A stretch of DNA of 18,682 bases from a bacterium. Lineage in GTDB: Bacteria; RBG-13-61-14; DATKZS01. This document shows, piece after piece, positions 14,678-18,682 of this stretch. The DNA lies in NCBI GenBank assembly GCA_046484135.1, contig JAWOBU010000230.1:1-18682 (forward strand), written 5' to 3'. The position numbers and the translations under genes are program-made. Below the pieces are notes generated by a model. That model ran no database searches. It was not told where the DNA came from and saw only the letters and a program-made list of their open reading frames with translations. The stretch's first letter is position 1. The number at the start of each line of letters is the position of its first letter.

Positions 14678-16795
14678 GTGAGACGTCCCAAGGTTCAGAA
14701 AGAGAACTCTTCTTCTCCCCGCCACGGGGGGCAGTCTTCCTGCCGGTTATGGCGCCGCTTTTTCCGGCCGGTCCTGCTTGAGCTCGCAAAGAGCGTTCCT
14801 GCGGTTTTTCTGGCATTAGCCTATGTGTACGGGTTAATCGTGTACTCGTCCCGCGTAATTGTGGAAGGGTACGAAGCGAGACTTCTTCTGTCGGGGGCGT
14901 GCGTTTTTATCCTTTGCCGGGCCGGCGCCTTTCTTCTTTCCCGGCTTGGGAAAAGATGGTCTGTCCTTGCCTACCCGGCCGGTGTTTTAATAATGGCCGC
15001 CTTTCTGCCTCTGCTGCGGCTTCCTTCCAACTACCCGGGTCCTTCTTTATTACCGTCTTTTACGCGTTCTCCGGACACCGCGGTATCGGAAAGGGCCAGG
15101 GTCAGCAACCGTCGGATCAAGCTGGATTACGAAGTTCGGGAGGGGATGATCCTTTACGTCAACCATTCCATCAAGAGGTCCCTGTTTCTTCCGCCCCGCG
15201 CCGTCCTCGAGTTCGGGGCGGGAATAGAAGCTTCGACCGGAAGCCCTCCTTTCCACTTGGCTGTATACCTGCAAGATCCCCCCGACAGCCGTCCCCGCAA
15301 GGTTTACAGCTCCCTGTTGGACCGCGAGAGCTCCAGGTGGGAAGACATCAAAATAAACGTGGGCGGAAAAACACGCAGGCGGGCGTTGCTCTCAATCCAG
15401 GTTACCTCCACGGCAGAGGAGAAGAAAAAGACTCCCGGCAAAGTCTACATCTCCGGGCTGGAGACTAGCCGGGCGGCCGAGGGAGCTTCCCGTCCCAACA
15501 TAGTCATCATCGTGGTTGATACCTGGAGACCGGACCACCTCTTGTCTTACGGATACCGGCAGAGAGAGACGGACCCTTTTCTGAAGCGCTTTTATAAAAA
15601 ACGGGGAATAAAGTTCAAAAACTGCACCAGCCCGTCCTCTTGGACCACGCCTGCGGTGGCCAGCCTGTTTACCTCCCGGTACCCGGCAGGGCACGGAGTG
15701 TGGGACGTATCATCCATGGTGCTTAATAACCGCCTCCGGGTGCTGCCGGAAATCCTTCGTGAACACGGCTATAACACCCGGGCTTACTCGCTGGCCTTTC
15801 CCGTATCTCCGTCCTTCAATTTTTCCCAGGGCTTTACAAGCTTTCATGACCTGGCCCGCTACATGTTCCACTGGGACGGCGACATGGTCGCCGCCCGCCG
15901 GGTGGAAAGATACCTGAACAACGAACCGGAGAAGCCTTTTTTTATTTACCTGCATCTTATGAACCCGCACTACCCTTACAATGTCAGGCCTTTCTTTAAG
16001 AGTTCGTCCAGGACGTGGAACGAAAGCCTGTTCGTGGAGAACGCCTTGCGGAGCGGGTTCGTGAACCAACTCCAGAAGTGGCTGTTTCCCGACCGTCCAT
16101 GGAAGGAGGAAGAGCTCCGGGAAAACGGACTCCTCGAAGCCTACGACCGGGAGATATGGCGCACCGATCGCGCTTTAAAAAGGATCATCCAGGCGTTGGA
16201 CGATACCGGTCTGATGGAGGACACCCTGCTCGTAATCACCGGCGACCACGGCGAAGAGTTCAAAGAGCACGGCGGGTTTTATCATAAGACCACTCTTTAC
16301 CAGGAGCAGGTGCACGTTCCCCTGTTCTTGTTCGGTCCGGGTATAAAAGACAAAGGCGCTTCAGTCTCTTGTCCGGTAAGCCTTGTTGATATCATGCCCT
16401 CGGTGTTGGAATCCGCGGGCATAAAAGCCGAGAGCGGGCTGAGCGGTGTTTCGTTATGGCCGATTCTGGAGGGCCGGTGCCCTGACCGGCCGATTTACGC
16501 GGAGCTTGACAACCGGGACATGGGAGGCGCGCTTTGGGAAGCGGTTTACGAAGACCGGACCAAGCTGATCCGTGTCTCGGGTCCGGGGGCCGAAAGCCGG
16601 ACCATGCTCTTTGACCTGGAGCAAGACCCGGCCGAGCTTCACAGCCTGGACACCACGGGCACGCGGGCGGAGCGGCTCGAGGAACAACTGCACTACTTAA
16701 AGGAAAAGCGGACCCGTACCCGGCAAAAAGTGGAAAAGGTAAAGCTCCGGAACAAACAAAAGCGCACGTTGCGGTCTCTTGGTTACCTTGATTGA
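14678..16795 (+). CDS. Membrane-anchored sulfatase-like hydrolase/transferase (alkaline phosphatase superfamily); start uncertain
   Basis: About three N-terminal hydrophobic segments, then PNIVIIVVDTWRPDHL, SWTTPAVASLFTS, YLHLMNPHYPY, YDREI, TGDHGEEF, LYQEQVHVPL, FDLEQDPAE and a terminal LRSLGYL. Confidence 0.88.
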   Translation: MRRPKVQKENSSSPRHGGQSSCRLWRRFFRPVLLELAKSVPAVFLALAYVYGLIVYSSRVIVEGYEARLLLSGACVFILCRAGAFLLSRLGKRWSVLAYPAGVLIMAAFLPLLRLPSNYPGPSLLPSFTRSPDTAVSERARVSNRRIKLDYEVREGMILYVNHSIKRSLFLPPRAVLEFGAGIEASTGSPPFHLAVYLQDPPDSRPRKVYSSLLDRESSRWEDIKINVGGKTRRRALLSIQVTSTAEEKKKTPGKVYISGLETSRAAEGASRPNIVIIVVDTWRPDHLLSYGYRQRETDPFLKRFYKKRGIKFKNCTSPSSWTTPAVASLFTSRYPAGHGVWDVSSMVLNNRLRVLPEILREHGYNTRAYSLAFPVSPSFNFSQGFTSFHDLARYMFHWDGDMVAARRVERYLNNEPEKPFFIYLHLMNPHYPYNVRPFFKSSSRTWNESLFVENALRSGFVNQLQKWLFPDRPWKEEELRENGLLEAYDREIWRTDRALKRIIQALDDTGLMEDTLLVITGDHGEEFKEHGGFYHKTTLYQEQVHVPLFLFGPGIKDKGASVSCPVSLVDIMPSVLESAGIKAESGLSGVSLWPILEGRCPDRPIYAELDNRDMGGALWEAVYEDRTKLIRVSGPGAESRTMLFDLEQDPAELHSLDTTGTRAERLEEQLHYLKEKRTRTRQKVEKVKLRNKQKRTLRSLGYLD

Positions 16796-16805
16796 AAGCG
16801 CGGAT

Positions 16806-16834
16806 TTGACTCGCAAGGTTCCGGGAATTTTAAT
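16806..16834 (+). promoter_or_regulatory. Putative sigma70 promoter immediately before the ABC ATPase
   Basis: TTGACT (16806-16811), 17-nt spacer, TTTAAT (16829-16834), 6 nt before ATG 16841. Confidence 0.45.
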
Positions 16835-16840
16835 AGGGCC

Positions 16841-17836
16841 ATGGAGATGAAGGCAGAGGCACGCGCGCGCCCGCACGTAGAGGTCCGGGGGCTCTCTAAG
16901 TACTTTCCCTTGCGGGGCGGTCTTCTGGGCCGGACCGTCGAGGTGTTGAGGGCGGTGGACGAGGTTGATCTTTATATTGACCCGGGCGAAACGCTGGGCC
17001 TGGTGGGAGAATCGGGCTGCGGCAAGAGCACCCTGGGCCGCACCATCCTGCGGCTTTTGGACCCGACCTCTGGCGAGATATGGTTTCAGGGCCGCGACAT
17101 ATCCTCGGTTTACGGCGACTCCTTACGGTCTCTGCGTAAAGAGATGCAGATCATCTTCCAGGACCCCTACTCGTCTTTGAACCCACGGATGACCGTGGGG
17201 TCCATCGTGGGAGAGGCCCTGGCCATCCATCGCATCTGTCCGCGGCGGGAGCGCCGCGAGCGGGTCATGTCGCTTTTGGACGAGGTCGGCCTTCAGCCGG
17301 AGTCTTACTCGCGGTACCCGCACGAGTTCTCGGGCGGCCAGCGGCAAAGGATCGGGGTCGCGCGGGCGCTGGCGGTGGAGCCTTCTTTTATTGTTTGCGA
17401 CGAGCCGGTGTCCGCGCTGGACGTAAGCATCCAGGCCCAGATACTGAACCTGCTTTTGAGGTTGCAGGAGAGCCGTGATCTGACCTATCTTTTCATCTCC
17501 CACGACCTCAGGGTGGTCGAGCACGTGGCCGACCGGGTGGCGGTCATGTATCTGGGAAAGATAGTCGAGCTTACCAGCACGGCAAAGCTTTACGAAAACC
17601 CCCTTCATCCTTATACCATTGCCCTGCTCTCCGCGGTGCCGGCGCCGGACCCTGCGAAAAAGCGCAAGCGCATCATATTGAAAGGTGACGTGCCCAGTCC
17701 GGTGAACCCTCCGCCCGGATGCGCTTTCCACCCCCGCTGCCCCTATGCCACCGAGGTATGCCGGGTCTCTCCACCCGAGTTCAAGTCCCACGCAAAAGAC
17801 CACTACGCCTCCTGTCATCACATACCGGTAAGATAA
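16841..17836 (+). CDS. Oligopeptide/dipeptide ABC transporter ATP-binding subunit (OppF/DppF/AppF type), 331 aa
   Basis: Walker [29 protein letters not shown] signature, [10 protein letters not shown]-terminal HPYT...GCAFHPRCP...C..SCH oligo_HPY domain. Confidence 0.95.
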   Translation: MEMKAEARARPHVEVRGLSKYFPLRGGLLGRTVEVLRAVDEVDLYIDPGETLGLVGESGCGKSTLGRTILRLLDPTSGEIWFQGRDISSVYGDSLRSLRKEMQIIFQDPYSSLNPRMTVGSIVGEALAIHRICPRRERRERVMSLLDEVGLQPESYSRYPHEFSGGQRQRIGVARALAVEPSFIVCDEPVSALDVSIQAQILNLLLRLQESRDLTYLFISHDLRVVEHVADRVAVMYLGKIVELTSTAKLYENPLHPYTIALLSAVPAPDPAKKRKRIILKGDVPSPVNPPPGCAFHPRCPYATEVCRVSPPEFKSHAKDHYASCHHIPVR

Positions 17837-17986
17837 AAGCCTTATTCGCGGCAACAGTGACAGGTCAAAGAGCAATGTACAAAAGCCGTAGGACCTGCGA
17901 GATGAAAGGGGGTTTTCAAAAATGGTTCTACGTATTTTAGTGTGGGTGGATAGAAAAAGATGCGTTTATCGCTTTCAGGGCTTCCA

Positions 17987-18144
17987 GCGGGGGATAGGGA
18001 AAAGGCCGGAACTGGCCCGGCCCCTCCCTGCTGCAAACGCCACCGGCCTCGCCGCTCGGGCCGCACGCCTTAAGTTGCCTTATCCTCCGGGCCGGCACGG
18101 GTGCAATATCAGAGAAGAGGCTCAGGGGCAGACTCCCCGCTGGC
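17987..18144 (+). repeat. 158-bp dispersed repeat, copy B
   Basis: Ungapped match to the reverse complement of 9081-9238. Ends are complementary (CCAGCGGGG 17984-17992 and CCCCGCTGG 18135-18143). Confidence 0.9.
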
Positions 18145-18304
18145 AGCCGAGAATGCGGAAAACGCAAAACAGCCTTTATAATCATAAGGAAAGGTCCGAT
18201 GTCGGTAATAGGCATTCTCCAGTTACCCACACTTGAATACGTTGATCCTCAAAAATTAAGCATGTGCGGGCGTACTGCCGAACCCGCTTGGGGGCGGACC
18301 GAAA

Positions 18305-18393
18305 AGCATAATCCGCGGGCTTTCAAGGGGCATGCCCGCGCTCCGCGCGGCGCCCTTCGGGCGCCCTTGACAAGCTCTCAAGCGGATTATGCT
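18305..18393. other. 89-nt branched stem-loop element
   Basis: AGCATAATCCGC (18305-18316) pairs with GCGGATTATGCT (18382-18393); GGGCTT/AAGCTC and TCAAGGG/CCCTTGA continue the stem, which encloses the hairpins CCGCGC-TCC-GCGCGG and CGCCC-TTC-GGGCG. Confidence 0.75.
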
Positions 18394-18421
18394 ATGATAC
18401 TTTTTGCCCGGGGAGGAAAAA

Positions 18422-18478
18422 ATGTTTCTACACTTACCAGCCACCGGACATCTCCCAATCCTGCCCGTTTTTATGTGA
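18422..18478 (+). CDS. Possible 18-aa small ORF or leader peptide MFLHLPATGHLPILPVFM
   Basis: GGAGG (18412-18416) 5 nt before the ATG; TTGACA at 18367-18372 and TGcTATGAT at 18390-18398 upstream. Confidence 0.3.
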   Translation: MFLHLPATGHLPILPVFM

Positions 18479-18682
18479 GGAGCGTTGAGGCACCATTTTT
18501 TCCTCCCGGCAATTTCTGGTCCGGTCCGCCCCCAAGCTTAGACCCCGCTGAGCCCGGAAATGCTCTGGCCTCCATGGAGGCAATGGCTTTAGTCTTAATG
18601 GCAAAGAGGGCCGGCAAGTACGACCGCCTTCATTTTGCCCCCCCTTTCATGTCGCAGGCCCGCCATCAAAGTTTTCTTGACA

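Noticed and set aside
14387..14725. 112-aa and 66-aa minus-strand ORFs upstream of ileS
   Set aside because: No recognisable motifs or SD, and they overlap the sulfatase-like gene start.
17887..17932. Short CGTAGGACC/GGTTCTACG inverted pair after oppF
   Set aside because: Only 9 bp and imperfect; could be chance.

Overview
Bacterial window, probably from a GC-rich deltaproteobacterium-like genome (inference from gene content and repeat types). The core genes are a minus-strand ileS-leuD-leuB overlapping unit (no leuC), an HtrA/DegP protease, a TrmN6-like tRNA methyltransferase, an orphan OtsA-family GT20 gene, and a plus-strand membrane-anchored sulfatase-like gene followed by a lone OppF/DppF ATPase. 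Two visibly more AT-rich plus-strand inserts interrupt these: a B12-binding radical SAM gene, and a two-gene coupled operon encoding a SAMHD1/YwfO-like HD phosphohydrolase plus a YwgA/Panacea/DarG-C-terminal-like protein. That operon is the best candidate for an uncharacterised defence or toxin-antitoxin system. The intergenic DNA contains nested small palindromic elements (MITEs with target-site duplications, REP doublets, a 30-bp palindrome inserted into itself), a 158-bp dispersed repeat present twice, and an 89-nt branched hairpin. An unannotated, 5'-truncated lectin+cadherin adhesin reading frame is joined directly to the otsA 3' end at the left edge. All family assignments are from motif recognition by eye; no searches were run.
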